Virus record (IMG/VR): IMGVR_UViG_3300030616_000032 | Span: 1-51,358 of that record | From: a virus | Lineage: Duplodnaviria > Caudoviricetes | Length of the DNA stretch: 51,358 nt | Strand: one strand, 5' to 3' | Part shown: one piece after another, positions 17,587 to 28,019 of the stretch | Position numbering within the stretch: the stretch's first letter is position 1 | Layout of the letters: each line of letters opens with the position of its first letter | Program-made: the position numbers and the translations under genes | Notes under the pieces: generated by a model | The model's database searches: none | The model's input: the letters and a program-made list of their open reading frames with translations, nothing else | Told to the model about the DNA's origin: nothing

Positions 17587-19011
17587 TTACGATGAAGCTG
17601 TTACGCCGAATCCGGCTTGTGCAGCGTTTATCGAGTCAATAGCTGCATTGTTGGCCTGTACGTCATCAATTAACGCCACAAGCTGCGTCCGTATGCTGGT
17701 CACGTCGTCAATCAATTTCTCAAGTTCGGCTTCGTTGGCTTCGACATCATCCTTCAAGCCGTTGTATTCCGCAGCAATGGTCGCGAAGTTATTTTCTACG
17801 TCAGCCTTTTCATTGTCCCACGTATCTGTTGCCACGTCAACAAGCGTGTGCGTTCCGCTCGGTGTCCCGCCTGTACTGTCCGTAATATCGCTTGCGTCAA
17901 GCGTTGGGTCGCCTGCGGTTATGGCATCGGGATCGGTGGCGGTAGCAGCCGGATCAGCAATATGAGCGGCCTGAGAAGCACCGCCCAGATAGCCCCACTG
18001 CGCTGCGCTGATAGTCGTTGTTCCTATGGCCTGCAACTGAGTTACCTCTGCTGCAGTAAGAGACTCAAGCTCCACCGCGTAATGCGTGTTTATCCATGTG
18101 TTGAGCTGCGTTAGAGTGGCCTTCTTCTGCGTCGTCGCCGTATCTCCGTCGTTCATCAGGAACGTATCGGCATCGGCCAAAGCCGCACCCATAGCCGTCG
18201 CATCATAAATAATATCATCCATCTCGTCACGAATGGCCTTCGACGTTGCAACCTCGGCGTTGGACCCGGCAGCAAAAGAAGTCACCATCGCATAGGTGTT
18301 CTGCAGCGTGTCCGCATCAGACCAGTCGGCCAGATATCCTGCCGCACCGGAGCCGTTGATCGGATAATCAATGTGATCTGTAATATCAGACAGTGTTATC
18401 TTCTTCTCGGTCCCGCTTTGAGTGCAGTACAGCACGTCAGCATCGTTCGTGCTTGTCACTGCATCCAAGGCATTCATGTACGTGTCGAAACCGCCAAGCA
18501 CAGAAGCCCTGAGTTCCGCCCACGTCGTCTTCTTCGGCGTAGTGCCGTTGACGGTCAGCACAAGATGTGCATCTGCTGGGGTCGAGCTCGCGTCTTTGTC
18601 GGATATGTCAAGTATGCTCGGCTCAAGTTCGGCAAGCATGTATGTGGCAAGAGTGCTCAGAGTTGCCGTGCCGTCCGTGCCAGCAACACCACCGTCACGC
18701 ACGATAATCGCATCTGCATCTGCCAGTGCCGCCACATTGCTCTCAGCCCACATCGCGGCATTGATCGCAGCCTCCACCACCTCAAACGTGCATTCCTCCA
18801 GCTTGCCGTCATCTTCCAAAACGACAAAACTATCGTCAGTTCCAATGTCGGCAAGCGCGTCAGCCGCCTCTATCTGGTCTATGACATACGCCGACAGAAG
18901 ATCGGGCGTTATGTGCTTCGCAGTGGAACCGTCGGCAACCGGGATCTTCTCCGACCCGCCTATGGTATCGGCTGGAAAATCGTCGGTATCTGTGAGTTCA
19001 ATGTTAGCCAT
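17587..19011 (-). CDS. Putative tail fibre-like protein
   Basis: Ala/Thr/Asp-rich repeats (D...G..KK.T...L), C-terminal coiled coil. Confidence 0.55.
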   Translation of the reverse strand: MANIELTDTDDFPADTIGGSEKIPVADGSTAKHITPDLLSAYVIDQIEAADALADIGTDDSFVVLEDDGKLEECTFEVVEAAINAAMWAESNVAALADADAIIVRDGGVAGTDGTATLSTLATYMLAELEPSILDISDKDASSTPADAHLVLTVNGTTPKKTTWAELRASVLGGFDTYMNALDAVTSTNDADVLYCTQSGTEKKITLSDITDHIDYPINGSGAAGYLADWSDADTLQNTYAMVTSFAAGSNAEVATSKAIRDEMDDIIYDATAMGAALADADTFLMNDGDTATTQKKATLTQLNTWINTHYAVELESLTAAEVTQLQAIGTTTISAAQWGYLGGASQAAHIADPAATATDPDAITAGDPTLDASDITDSTGGTPSGTHTLVDVATDTWDNEKADVENNFATIAAEYNGLKDDVEANEAELEKLIDDVTSIRTQLVALIDDVQANNAAIDSINAAQAGFGVTASS

Positions 19012-19023
19012 CTTGCTTTTCTC

Positions 19024-20589
19024 CTATTTGAGCTGACCCAGCTTCCGCATAAATATCGCCAGCGATTCGTAGGCCCACCGCCCTGCTGCATCAATCCAGA
19101 TGGCACACCACGCACCCCTCGCTTTCGGATATACAACCTTGTTGTGTCCGGCAGCAAATGTATGACTGCTGAACACGTTTGTTGTTGTCCCGCCTGTGAT
19201 ATCTGAAACAGTATTGTCCACGACTGTCTCAGCCGCATCTCCCCTGACAACCCTGCAGGTAAGCCCGGCAGTGCTGGTGGCAAAATCGGCAATCATTCTC
19301 TCCAATGCTCCATCGCGGCCATATTCTCCACCGGTTTGAAATGGGCCGAGTATGATATCGCTGTTGACTGCCGTTCCATCGTCGGTTGTTGCCGTGTTAT
19401 CGAATCTCCTGAGATACCCGTCCTTGCACCCCAGCACAACGTCAGAATACCCAGAATTAGGCAGCGTGGCAACCACCCAGGGCTGGTGATTGTTGTTCGG
19501 GAACGTCACTCGCCAGATAGCCTTGTGCTTCAGGTCAAACCACCAATGCTCACCCGCACTCGCAGCGTCAGGCGTCGCAAAGATATGAACGCCCTTGCTT
19601 TTGTGATCATAGGCCATCTTCACAATAACGCTCGTAACGTCAATGTCCTTCAGTTCCTCCGGTACAATTTCGGCTGATAGCTTCTGAGGAGGCTCCTTGC
19701 TTCCGATCGGCCATGTGTAGAGCCCGTCACGGGCCAACAACACCACAAGGCCGTCATGAGTGACACATGCGCTCTCAGCGCCGATTATGCCCACAGAATG
19801 GCTTATATTCTGCAGCTCCCCGGTTACAGGGCTGCCGTACAGCGCCCACAGCTCGTCGGTCGAGCCGAAGACAAACACCTTGTCCTTCCAGTTCATCGTG
19901 CACTTGTTCGTCCGGCTGACCTCACCGTACTTGCTGCCGGTCAGCGTCACGGCCTGCTTTATGTTTTTTGGCTTGTGCGTCGCTGCCGTCCAATCCGCAA
20001 TGTTGCCTATGCCGGAGAAGTACAGAAGGTGACTCTCCCCGCCAAGCACAACCCGTCTTTGGTAGGTCGTGACCAGCGGCTGGCTTGAGGGAGCGTTTTC
20101 AACGTCTTCTACGGCACCGGACAGTGGATTGTACCGCTTGAGCGTCGAGCTTGCTATCAGAAGCCTGCCCTGGTACTCCGCCGTCTGGTATGTGTCATCG
20201 TCGCCTATGGGATTCACCGACGCCAGATCCGAGTCAAAAACCACATAGTCGCCATCGAGCAAGACCTTATCGCCATCGATCGTCAGGTATGCGACAGTCG
20301 TGGTTACTGATTCTCCCTGCAGGACCGCTATGCTGCCGTCCGTAACGACAATCAAGTCGTGCTGCAGATCGCCAGAATCGTCGATGTACGAGACTTTGTT
20401 TACTGCGGTGATCTGGGTTCCGAAGTCGTTGTCGACAAACTTGGAAAGCATCGGGCGTGAACCGCCCCTGCTTCTGTGTTCAAGCGGCCCTACGCCTCTT
20501 ACATTTACAGCGTAAGGAGTCGTATAGGGCGCTTCTTGAGGATACCCCCCTCTACGATTTTCTCCACCCAGAGGAAAGCGTATGTTCAT
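19024..20589 (-). CDS. Putative tail nozzle / DNA stabilisation protein (P22 gp10 / T7 gp12-like)
   Basis: 521 aa beta-rich protein after the adaptor, podoviral synteny. Confidence 0.6.
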   Translation of the reverse strand: MNIRFPLGGENRRGGYPQEAPYTTPYAVNVRGVGPLEHRSRGGSRPMLSKFVDNDFGTQITAVNKVSYIDDSGDLQHDLIVVTDGSIAVLQGESVTTTVAYLTIDGDKVLLDGDYVVFDSDLASVNPIGDDDTYQTAEYQGRLLIASSTLKRYNPLSGAVEDVENAPSSQPLVTTYQRRVVLGGESHLLYFSGIGNIADWTAATHKPKNIKQAVTLTGSKYGEVSRTNKCTMNWKDKVFVFGSTDELWALYGSPVTGELQNISHSVGIIGAESACVTHDGLVVLLARDGLYTWPIGSKEPPQKLSAEIVPEELKDIDVTSVIVKMAYDHKSKGVHIFATPDAASAGEHWWFDLKHKAIWRVTFPNNNHQPWVVATLPNSGYSDVVLGCKDGYLRRFDNTATTDDGTAVNSDIILGPFQTGGEYGRDGALERMIADFATSTAGLTCRVVRGDAAETVVDNTVSDITGGTTTNVFSSHTFAAGHNKVVYPKARGAWCAIWIDAAGRWAYESLAIFMRKLGQLK

Positions 20590-20604
20590 AATACCTACCT
20601 AACA

Positions 20605-20793
20605 TCATTCTTCATCGCTTGGATCGCCTTCCCCTTCTGGTTCTTTGTCTGGTTCTTCAACGATCTCTACGTCAAAAAGGGCCAATGCACTCAAGAAGCC
20701 GCACAGCTTGTTGTATTCCGCCAGCGCCTTGTCACGCTTTGCGATCATCTGTTCGCGCAGTTTTTGGACCTGCTCCTTTGTGATTGCAGCCAT
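20605..20793 (-). CDS. Small coiled-coil protein
   Basis: Start MAAITKEQ with AGGG RBS. Confidence 0.55.
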   Translation of the reverse strand: MAAITKEQVQKLREQMIAKRDKALAEYNKLCGFLSALALFDVEIVEEPDKEPEGEGDPSDEE

Positions 20794-20801
20794 AGGTATC
20801 C

Positions 20802-21056
20802 CTATAATCCGAATTGTTTCTTGAAAAATGCGACAATAAGCCCGCCGGTCACGCTCCACACTCCGATGAATATGCGGGTATGCAATTTCACTCTGCGCTC
20901 CACGCCGCTCAAACGCTTTTCGTGAGTTCCCATACTGTCAATACCCACGGCCAAATGCCTGATACAGCGTATCGTATCAGCGTTCGTCATGTTGGCGTCG
21001 TTCTTGCCTTCCAATTCGGTGTCAATCGCCTGTCTGACCGTTATTCCATTAGCCAT
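20802..21056 (-). CDS. Small C-terminally anchored membrane protein (holin/XhlA-like)
   Basis: Coiled coil HEKRLSGVE then one TM helix. Confidence 0.5.
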   Translation of the reverse strand: MANGITVRQAIDTELEGKNDANMTNADTIRCIRHLAVGIDSMGTHEKRLSGVERRVKLHTRIFIGVWSVTGGLIVAFFKKQFGL

Positions 21057-21074
21057 TGAAGTTGCCTCACCTCA

Positions 21075-21111
21075 GAAAGATACAGGTACCGGCTGGGTCA
21101 CAACCGGTACC
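21075..21111 (-). terminator. Possible terminator/hairpin
   Basis: GGTACCGG...CCGGTACC stem, weak T-tract. Confidence 0.4.
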
Positions 21112-21119
21112 CATATAGA

Positions 21120-22139
21120 TTAGAATTCGCGGGCGATCCTCACCCAGTCGATCGTGGTGGTAACGTCGGCTCCACCATCTGAGTGCAACACCAAGTAGAA
21201 CGCCATCTCTTCGCCGTCCGGGAAGTCCGTCGCCGCCAGCGTGATGGTGTCGGCCAAGGCCACACCATCCGCGTAGAGCGTGATCGTCGTCCCGTCCGAG
21301 TAAAAGCCAACCTTCTTGTACGTGTTGGCTACCAGCGTCACCGCATCTGCCTTGATCGTGGTAGGAGATGTCCCACCGCTGGCCGTGTTGAATGCCGTAT
21401 CCATCTTATCGCCATCAGAGCCAAGGCGATGGAACCCGAAGTAGTCCTTGTCGGTTAGCGTATCATCATCGGAGATCAAGCCGTCTTCGGCCAACAGCGC
21501 CTGCTCGGCGAACCCGCAGAACACGTCGGAGATGTTTGTGACGAGATTCACCTTGATCCGGGCCTCGAACCACGCTTGCTTGCCACTGGCGAGAACGAAC
21601 ATGCCCGCGGCGTTCTTGCCGCCCAGACACGAGATACCGACACTTTCCTTGTCGGTCGTGGTGGACAGCACGAGCGCCCCGTTCGGGTCGTCGGTCAACA
21701 TGCTGATAGTTGAGCCACCAGTCGCTCCGGTAAATCCCATGACACCGTCACCGAGAGCCGTGGCTGTCTGGTTGTTGGCCAGTGCATAATCACCCTGGAA
21801 ATCATTAAAATACACACAGCCGTCTGTTGGGTCAAGCATGTACTGCAGGACCGGGCAACTGCCCCATATCAACGGAGACGGGCCGCGACCGGCAGCCGTA
21901 CCGGCCTGGGCGGTATCGCCACACTCAAACGTCTGTGTTCCGCTGGAGAAATCATTATCCCCGGTGAACGTTTCATTCCCGCTGTGAGTATTGGCGCCGC
22001 TGAACGTCTGTACTCCACTGACAGTATTCGCACCACTGAACGTGGTATCGCCACTGAACGTCAAGTCGTTTCCGTCATCCACAGAACCAAAGCGGTCTTG
22101 TGCTTTTCTCAAGTCTTCTGGAAGGGTATGCGCACCCAT
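21120..22139 (-). CDS. Putative capsid-associated (decoration/fibre) protein, paralog of 23580-24401
   Basis: Shared PSPxIW, YFxDF, FEAR, DWVR motifs; N-terminal TFSGxN repeats. Confidence 0.55.
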   Translation of the reverse strand: MGAHTLPEDLRKAQDRFGSVDDGNDLTFSGDTTFSGANTVSGVQTFSGANTHSGNETFTGDNDFSSGTQTFECGDTAQAGTAAGRGPSPLIWGSCPVLQYMLDPTDGCVYFNDFQGDYALANNQTATALGDGVMGFTGATGGSTISMLTDDPNGALVLSTTTDKESVGISCLGGKNAAGMFVLASGKQAWFEARIKVNLVTNISDVFCGFAEQALLAEDGLISDDDTLTDKDYFGFHRLGSDGDKMDTAFNTASGGTSPTTIKADAVTLVANTYKKVGFYSDGTTITLYADGVALADTITLAATDFPDGEEMAFYLVLHSDGGADVTTTIDWVRIAREF

Positions 22140-22154
22140 AGTACAATCCTTTCT

Positions 22155-23126
22155 TTAATCGGGCAGAACGTCATTGACAGTCACGTAATAATTGTCTTCG
22201 TCCCGCCAACTTGTAAAACTTCTGTCTGAACGGTCGGCATTGTAACCCAAATCGGTCGGTGCCAACTGCTCGTCTCTTAAAATAGATTCCTTTATTGCCT
22301 CCCGTATGTTCTGCTTGTACTCAACAAGAGGCACGTTATTCATCAAATACCGTGCTGCAGCAATGCAGCAATCAAGAATCGCCTGCCCGTGAACCTGTCC
22401 GCCAAGAGGGTATTTATCCGTGGCATCCAGGTCTTTCGCCGTCAGGATGTAATAGGAGTACCCAAGCTGATAGGCTGCGTCAGCAAGCGGATGAAAGCAC
22501 ACCTCGAATCGCTGTCCATCGGTATTGTCGAAGGATCCTGTCTTCGCACGGATTGCCGCAGTGTCGGGGTATCCGGTTGTGGTGTTTCCCGACCTCTTTG
22601 CAAGAAAGTCGGCGGCACTGATACGATTCAAAGGACTTCGATTGTATGTCGAGGAGTAGGTAAACCATGAATCAGGCTGCCCGAAGTCATCAGGCAAATC
22701 ATAGGCCACACGGCGCAGTTCATACGACGCTTCGGATACAGTGTCATCGGTCCAGTCCGCGTCCAGCTCAATATCAGAGCCGTCGGTACGCGAAGAGACG
22801 CTGTACTCGTACCCATTGTAATACAGGGTTCCTTGTGCAGCCCACGTAGGCCACGTCCCGTCCGCCAGCGTCACAGTCGCATCATCCTCGGTGAGGGTGA
22901 TCGTTCCAGTGGAATAAGGCGCGGTAGTGGTTATCGTCGCGAACTTCTTCAGGAACCGCCAGTCATGGGCGGCCAGGAAATCAGAATAGCCTTTATCAAT
23001 TGCCCGGTCGATATCCGCAGTTTCCTGCTCTGACCAGTCATCCGCCGAATAACTCAGGTCAAGCCCATATCGGGCCACCATTACCGACAAGTCGGCATAA
23101 GCGATCGAAAGCGAGCTTTCAGCCAT
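22155..23126 (-). CDS. Putative head-tail adaptor (tubular protein A-like)
   Basis: HDWRFL, YDLPDDF motifs; synteny. Confidence 0.6.
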   Translation of the reverse strand: MAESSLSIAYADLSVMVARYGLDLSYSADDWSEQETADIDRAIDKGYSDFLAAHDWRFLKKFATITTTAPYSTGTITLTEDDATVTLADGTWPTWAAQGTLYYNGYEYSVSSRTDGSDIELDADWTDDTVSEASYELRRVAYDLPDDFGQPDSWFTYSSTYNRSPLNRISAADFLAKRSGNTTTGYPDTAAIRAKTGSFDNTDGQRFEVCFHPLADAAYQLGYSYYILTAKDLDATDKYPLGGQVHGQAILDCCIAAARYLMNNVPLVEYKQNIREAIKESILRDEQLAPTDLGYNADRSDRSFTSWRDEDNYYVTVNDVLPD

Positions 23127-23129
23127 AGC

Positions 23130-23519
23130 CTACTCCGTTGCGGCCTCCACGGCCCTTTTGCCTTTCACGGACTCCAGCAGGAGTTCGCGTAATTCTTCTG
23201 AGGGCTCTTTGCCGTTCAGTTCAAACCCTCGCTTCTCCAGCTCCGCCTCAACAGCCCTTCGGTTCATCTTGCGGATGTACTCCTCCGGGCTTGGCTTCGC
23301 CGGTTTCGGTTCTTCGTAAGAGATAAATACCTTATCGTCCGCGAGGTCATTCACAATACTGACCAGCACCTCTGCCTGCATTTCAATAAAATGCCCGAAG
23401 AACCGTGTCATGCGTTCTTCCATGCGCTCAACCCGGGATTTTGCTTCATCGGATATCGTCGCCTTGGCATCTGAAACTCCAAGCAGCGTCCGCAAATTCC
23501 TGTCATGAATCCTGTTCAT
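23130..23519 (-). CDS. Hypothetical protein with C-terminal SAP/HeH-like motif
   Basis: Start MNRIHD after AAAAGGGA RBS. Confidence 0.55.
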   Translation of the reverse strand: MNRIHDRNLRTLLGVSDAKATISDEAKSRVERMEERMTRFFGHFIEMQAEVLVSIVNDLADDKVFISYEEPKPAKPSPEEYIRKMNRRAVEAELEKRGFELNGKEPSEELRELLLESVKGKRAVEAATE

Positions 23520-23532
23520 GTTGTCCCTTTTT

Positions 23533-23570
23533 ATCAAAAGATAGGTGCGGAGGCCGAAGCCCCCGCACCC
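23533..23570 (-). terminator. Rho-independent terminator after capsid genes
   Basis: GGTGCGGGGC-TTCG-GCCTCCGCACC stem, then TATCTTTT. Confidence 0.7.
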
Positions 23571-23579
23571 GGTCATTGT

Positions 23580-24401
23580 CTATCGCTTCTGGGCGACGCG
23601 CACCCAGTCCACATACAGCTCGGCATTCGCACCCGTTGCGGCTACCTGAGCGGCGAATGAAACAGCCATGTCGCCCGTGCCGATAGTGGTGGGAATGTCG
23701 TCCGTGTCGGTGATCGCGGTGTACGCCTTGCCGTTCACATACGGAACGACGCGCAGGGCACCCTTGCCAGCCGGGACGTATGCCATGAACCCAAGCTTGA
23801 TCCATGTGTTGTCCACGAAGGCAGTCTCGGTCGAGACGCTGGCAATACCCGTGCAGTCAGTCTGCTGATCTGCTGAACCAGCATTTGCGCTTGTGAACTC
23901 AATGTAGCTCGCGGTCGTGTTGGCATCAGTTGAGAAGCCAATCATGTTCCGCGAAGCATAATCAAGATCACCGCTGGTATCGATGATCGCGGTCTCAGTG
24001 TCGCAAAGTCCGATAAAGAACTCATCGCTCTCATCGTTGAGCATGACCCGTGCTTCAAAAAGCAGCGGATGCCCGGCTATCGGGCACCAGACTTCCTGCA
24101 CTGCTGAAGATCCAAGCTGAACGCTGCTCACTCCATCGTGCTGTGCATTGTGGCCGTTGCTTGATACATTCAGAATGCCAAGCCCTGTAATCGTGCTGGT
24201 CGGGCTCAGGAGTTTGATGGTGCCTGAATTTACCGTTGTGAGGACCGTACCACACGCGGTTGTCGGGTCAAAAGGCCCAAGGAAATCATCGAAATAATGC
24301 GCCCAAGCTCCAACCGGTGCCTCGTCGAACTCCGCCCAGATAGCAGGGCTGGGAGCCGCGTTGGTATCGCTCGGGTCTCTGTACTGTACATGCTGTGCCA
24401 T
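23580..24401 (-). CDS. Putative capsid decoration protein
   Basis: Directly after major capsid gene; beta-rich. Confidence 0.55.
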   Translation of the reverse strand: MAQHVQYRDPSDTNAAPSPAIWAEFDEAPVGAWAHYFDDFLGPFDPTTACGTVLTTVNSGTIKLLSPTSTITGLGILNVSSNGHNAQHDGVSSVQLGSSAVQEVWCPIAGHPLLFEARVMLNDESDEFFIGLCDTETAIIDTSGDLDYASRNMIGFSTDANTTASYIEFTSANAGSADQQTDCTGIASVSTETAFVDNTWIKLGFMAYVPAGKGALRVVPYVNGKAYTAITDTDDIPTTIGTGDMAVSFAAQVAATGANAELYVDWVRVAQKR

Positions 24402-24430
24402 TGGTTATTCCTTTTTCAACAAAATGTCAA

Positions 24431-25489
24431 TTAAGAAGCGAGAGGATCAGACTTGGCGCCCAGCCACAGGCCCTTCCGCCTGTCATAGCACTGGAAGTTG
24501 TACGAACTATCCATGTGGCTTACCCTGTCGTTGTGCTGTCCGTCCTTCTCCTTGAACGGTGTTTCCTTCATCCACCAGCCGGAACGGAAGACCGCATGGA
24601 ACTGGCTCCAGTCAATACCGACGAACGGCAGACTCGTAGCCTTGTTCTCTGTGATCCACGGCACATGCTCAACCGGAACACGACCGATACGCACCTGACC
24701 ATGATACTTGTCAAGGTCGCTGCCCAGGTCGTCGTTCTGACTTCGTGCCAGCTTCTCCAGTGTCTTGACCTGCGGCCATGCACTGTAGATAACCCGCTTC
24801 TGCCCGTTGGCATAGCCCTTTACCGGGGCATTGTTTACCATCGGCTTGAAGTCCGTGTAGACCAGAGCATCACGAACGCTGTCAACCAGATCCGTGTCGC
24901 TGACGGTCGTATAGTTGAACGTGTAATGCTTCAGCTTGGTATAGGTAGCAGCACTCTTGCCGCCAATGGTGCCGTAGTTTCCGTTGCTGCCGTTGAACCC
25001 GCTCGTGGCGTCATAGTCCAGCCAGTAGCCGAACACGCCGAACGGGGTGTCTTCGTCGGTCGAACCCGACGGTCCCTGCCAGAAGTTCTGCTCCATCAGC
25101 TCAACCCATGAGATTGCCCGCTGATACCGCTTAGTCGCAACGTAATCGACGATCTTTGCCGGGCCGCTGTTCATCGCATCCTCGCGCACGTCGAACGCAC
25201 AACCGGAGGTCGTGTGCCGCCACGGGATAGTCAGGGTTATCGTCCCGTCCTTGATGTTCACGTTGTCCCTGTTGTGGAGGCCCACGTTCCGGGCGTTGTC
25301 ATCGCCGTTCTGCAGCAGGTTCCATGTAATGCCCGTGCCGTTGTCAAACTTAACACGATACTTGTTCAGCAAGTTTGACGCAGCAATATATTCGGTGATA
25401 TCAGACGCGATCTCGACAAGTCTGAGCCTGCCCAAATCTTTCAAAGTCTGATTGGCCAGATCAGTGATGTCATCTGCATGAAGTGCCAT
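24431..25489 (-). CDS. Major capsid protein
   Basis: 352 aa after scaffold-like gene, strong RBS, biased codon use, terminator shortly downstream. Confidence 0.75.
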   Translation of the reverse strand: MALHADDITDLANQTLKDLGRLRLVEIASDITEYIAASNLLNKYRVKFDNGTGITWNLLQNGDDNARNVGLHNRDNVNIKDGTITLTIPWRHTTSGCAFDVREDAMNSGPAKIVDYVATKRYQRAISWVELMEQNFWQGPSGSTDEDTPFGVFGYWLDYDATSGFNGSNGNYGTIGGKSAATYTKLKHYTFNYTTVSDTDLVDSVRDALVYTDFKPMVNNAPVKGYANGQKRVIYSAWPQVKTLEKLARSQNDDLGSDLDKYHGQVRIGRVPVEHVPWITENKATSLPFVGIDWSQFHAVFRSGWWMKETPFKEKDGQHNDRVSHMDSSYNFQCYDRRKGLWLGAKSDPLAS

Positions 25490-25521
25490 TTGCTAATCCT
25501 TTCAGATCATGCCAGACGCAA

Positions 25522-26472
25522 CTACAGAATCTCGCTATAGTCAACGGCCTCGGTCTGCTCGGGATGTATGCCGCGCTCTTTCGCCATCCTCGATACGTTA
25601 GCCACCGCACGTTGGCGTGGTGACATATCCGCATCGTTCATAGCGCGCTGTGCGGGCTTCCCGATAAACCGGCCTTGACGGTTACGAGCTTTCTTAACGT
25701 CTGCGTCCTTGGCTAATTTTTGAGAGTGTTCTGCGAACAGGCCACTTGCAGCCTCCTTCACACGGCGGGAAACGCTCCCGCTGTAGAGGTCTGAAAACAC
25801 TGCTTTTTTCAACCGCTGAAGATTGCGGCCATGTTCGCTCCTGCCATCGGTCTTATCCCCTTTGCCGAAAATCGGCTCCCATTCTTTACCGAGGGATTCG
25901 ACCGCTTCCGTGAAGACATCGTTGTCACGTCCGGCAAGCTGCTCACCAAGCTCGTTGATGCGCTTTTCATACATGCCGAACATCTGCTCTACTGCCTTCT
26001 TCGTAGAGCCGTTCATGGATTTGAGGACTTCGGCCAGTTCTGGAGCGATATCTTCCATCGCCTCGTCGCTGAATTCATAGAACTCAACTTTCTCGGCATC
26101 GCCTGTCCCGCCACCTGAAGACGCCGGTTTGCGTGACTCCAAGATGTCGAGCATACCCTCAATGGCCTCATTCGATCCCAAACCCAACAGCCGGTCGGCT
26201 TCATCGTCAGACAAGCCCATCTTGCCTGCACGAATAAGCAGCCTCGGATCAATCGCCTGATCCTTCGCCTGCTTGTCGTCCCCGTCGCCCTCTCCTTCTT
26301 TGTCACCGGCGGAATCGTCATCGCCAGCACGAGCGGAATCGTCGTCGCTCAATTCGGAAAGGTCATCCGGATTACCGTCCGGTACAACAAAATCAAAGGC
26401 ATCCGCCATCGACTCGTCTTCAATCGGCTCGTTGCCCTTGTCATTCGTGTTTGCATTCACTTCGTCAGTCAT
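25522..26472 (-). CDS. Capsid scaffolding protein
   Basis: Acidic disordered N-terminus, helical, immediately upstream of capsid gene. Confidence 0.65.
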   Translation of the reverse strand: MTDEVNANTNDKGNEPIEDESMADAFDFVVPDGNPDDLSELSDDDSARAGDDDSAGDKEGEGDGDDKQAKDQAIDPRLLIRAGKMGLSDDEADRLLGLGSNEAIEGMLDILESRKPASSGGGTGDAEKVEFYEFSDEAMEDIAPELAEVLKSMNGSTKKAVEQMFGMYEKRINELGEQLAGRDNDVFTEAVESLGKEWEPIFGKGDKTDGRSEHGRNLQRLKKAVFSDLYSGSVSRRVKEAASGLFAEHSQKLAKDADVKKARNRQGRFIGKPAQRAMNDADMSPRQRAVANVSRMAKERGIHPEQTEAVDYSEIL

Positions 26473-26483
26473 GTCCTTGTCCT

Positions 26484-26870
26484 TCAATAATGACTTTCTG
26501 ATACAAAACCATGAGCCCGGTCCCATTTGTCACGGGCGCGTTTAGAACTAAAGTGTGGGCGAACAAGACCTCGCCCGTCCGGTCTCCAGTCAGCACTGAC
26601 ACCCTTCTGCTTGTCAATCGCCATCTGTTCCTGTACCTGGTCCATATGAATTGCACGGGACAGCGATCCTGTCTCGCCGCGCTGATTCTCAAAGCCGCCG
26701 GTCTGATTCCATGTGTCGCCCAGATCCATGCCGCCCTGCTCGGCCTTGAAGTCGCGCTTGCTCATCGTGCCGCACTTGCTGCACTTCAGCCGCTTCGGAG
26801 CCTTTGCCATTTCGGCAAACTTCTCCATGCGATTGCCGCACTTATGGCAGAAAAAACAATACGTGGGCAT
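26484..26870 (-). CDS. FmdB-family zinc-ribbon protein
   Basis: MPTYCFFCHKCG...CSKCG. Confidence 0.75.
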   Translation of the reverse strand: MPTYCFFCHKCGNRMEKFAEMAKAPKRLKCSKCGTMSKRDFKAEQGGMDLGDTWNQTGGFENQRGETGSLSRAIHMDQVQEQMAIDKQKGVSADWRPDGRGLVRPHFSSKRARDKWDRAHGFVSESHY

Positions 26871-26871
26871 G

Positions 26872-26982
26872 TCAGCTCATCCTTATGTACTGAACGATAC
26901 ACAATGCCGCCATGCAAAACAGCAGCAATGAGAGACACAACAAAGCCGTGTCCCTTTGGTATTTCTTTTCGTCGAAGCTCAT
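26872..26982 (-). CDS. Small membrane peptide (36 aa)
   Basis: Hand translation MSFDEKKYQRDTALLCLSLLLFCMAALCIVQYIRMS; GAGGAG RBS, TGATG coupling. Confidence 0.45.
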   Translation of the reverse strand: MSFDEKKYQRDTALLCLSLLLFCMAALCIVQYIRMS

Positions 26983-28019
26983 CAAATGTAGCTCCTCAAG
27001 GAAAGATAATCCAGCATAGCCCAGTCGGCACTCTTCGCATCGTCAAACGCTTCTACGTCTTCCAGTTCTATCTGCCCGAAGTTCGTGCCATCAGTGCCGA
27101 GTTCAAAGTTGTCTGCGTCGATCTGAGTGAACACACAAACGACGTGCTGCCGTACATCTGCGGCCAAGGTCGTTGTTGCCACGCCATTTACATACGTAGC
27201 AGCCGGTGTAAGGCCGGTATATGTGATCGTGCCGCTATCGACCATGATATCATTGCCCGTATCGACGAGCAGTATTTCCTGCGTGGTCGTTTCTGGGTCA
27301 ATTATGAACTTTACAGTCTGAATGTTTCCAATGTCACCCCAATCTATCTTGTCGTCCGTACCGTCGAACTTCATCCGCTTGCCAACAACAACGCCGCCGC
27401 TGTATGTCGGAGTGTGACGGAAGCGCGAGAGGTCAGAAACGCCGTCTACGGTATGCAGCACCAGCGAAGAGTCGGGTACGCCCTGCGAGAAGCGCCATGC
27501 CGCGAACGCCGCGCTCTTCGCTTCGTCATACACGAACAGATCACGCATCTCAATCTTGCCGTAATTCGTGCCGTCGTTCGCCGTCTCGAAATTATTGGCA
27601 TCGACTTGAGTGAACACACACATCACATGGCTCATCTCACCAGCGGCAAGCGTCGTGCCAGCATCACCGTTGACATACGTTGCGGCGGCAGTCAAGCCCG
27701 TGTAAGTTATCGTACCGCTACTGACCATGATATCTTTTCCGGTGTCAACCAGGATCAGCTCTTGAGTCGTGGTGTCCGGGTCAACCCAAAACTCTACAGT
27801 CTGAATTGTGCCGATATCACCGAAGTCGATCTTATCATCTGTGCCGTCATGACTGTAGCCGACTGCAAGCTGTTTCGCGCCAGTGACCGTGCCATCGTTG
27901 CCATACGAGGACATATCCTGCGCCTGCGTAGCGCCGTTGCATAACGCGGCGAGGCGAAGTGAGGCGTCTGTGATATCGGCGTTTGTCGGGAGCGGTTGTG
28001 ATCGTCTTGGCAGATTCAT
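26982..28019 (-). CDS. Tandem LamG/ConA-like domain protein
   Basis: Two internal copies of DGTDDKIDxGDIG...HVxCVF. Confidence 0.7.
   Translation of the reverse strand: MNLPRRSQPLPTNADITDASLRLAALCNGATQAQDMSSYGNDGTVTGAKQLAVGYSHDGTDDKIDFGDIGTIQTVEFWVDPDTTTQELILVDTGKDIMVSSGTITYTGLTAAATYVNGDAGTTLAAGEMSHVMCVFTQVDANNFETANDGTNYGKIEMRDLFVYDEAKSAAFAAWRFSQGVPDSSLVLHTVDGVSDLSRFRHTPTYSGGVVVGKRMKFDGTDDKIDWGDIGNIQTVKFIIDPETTTQEILLVDTGNDIMVDSGTITYTGLTPAATYVNGVATTTLAADVRQHVVCVFTQIDADNFELGTDGTNFGQIELEDVEAFDDAKSADWAMLDYLSLRSYI

Noticed and set aside
26511-27944. 477-aa plus-strand ORF and other antisense ORFs
   Set aside because: Shadow frames of well-supported minus-strand genes
26982-28019. DGR template/variable repeat pair
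   Set aside because: Both copies are in-frame domains, differences are not adenine-specific and no reverse transcriptase is encoded
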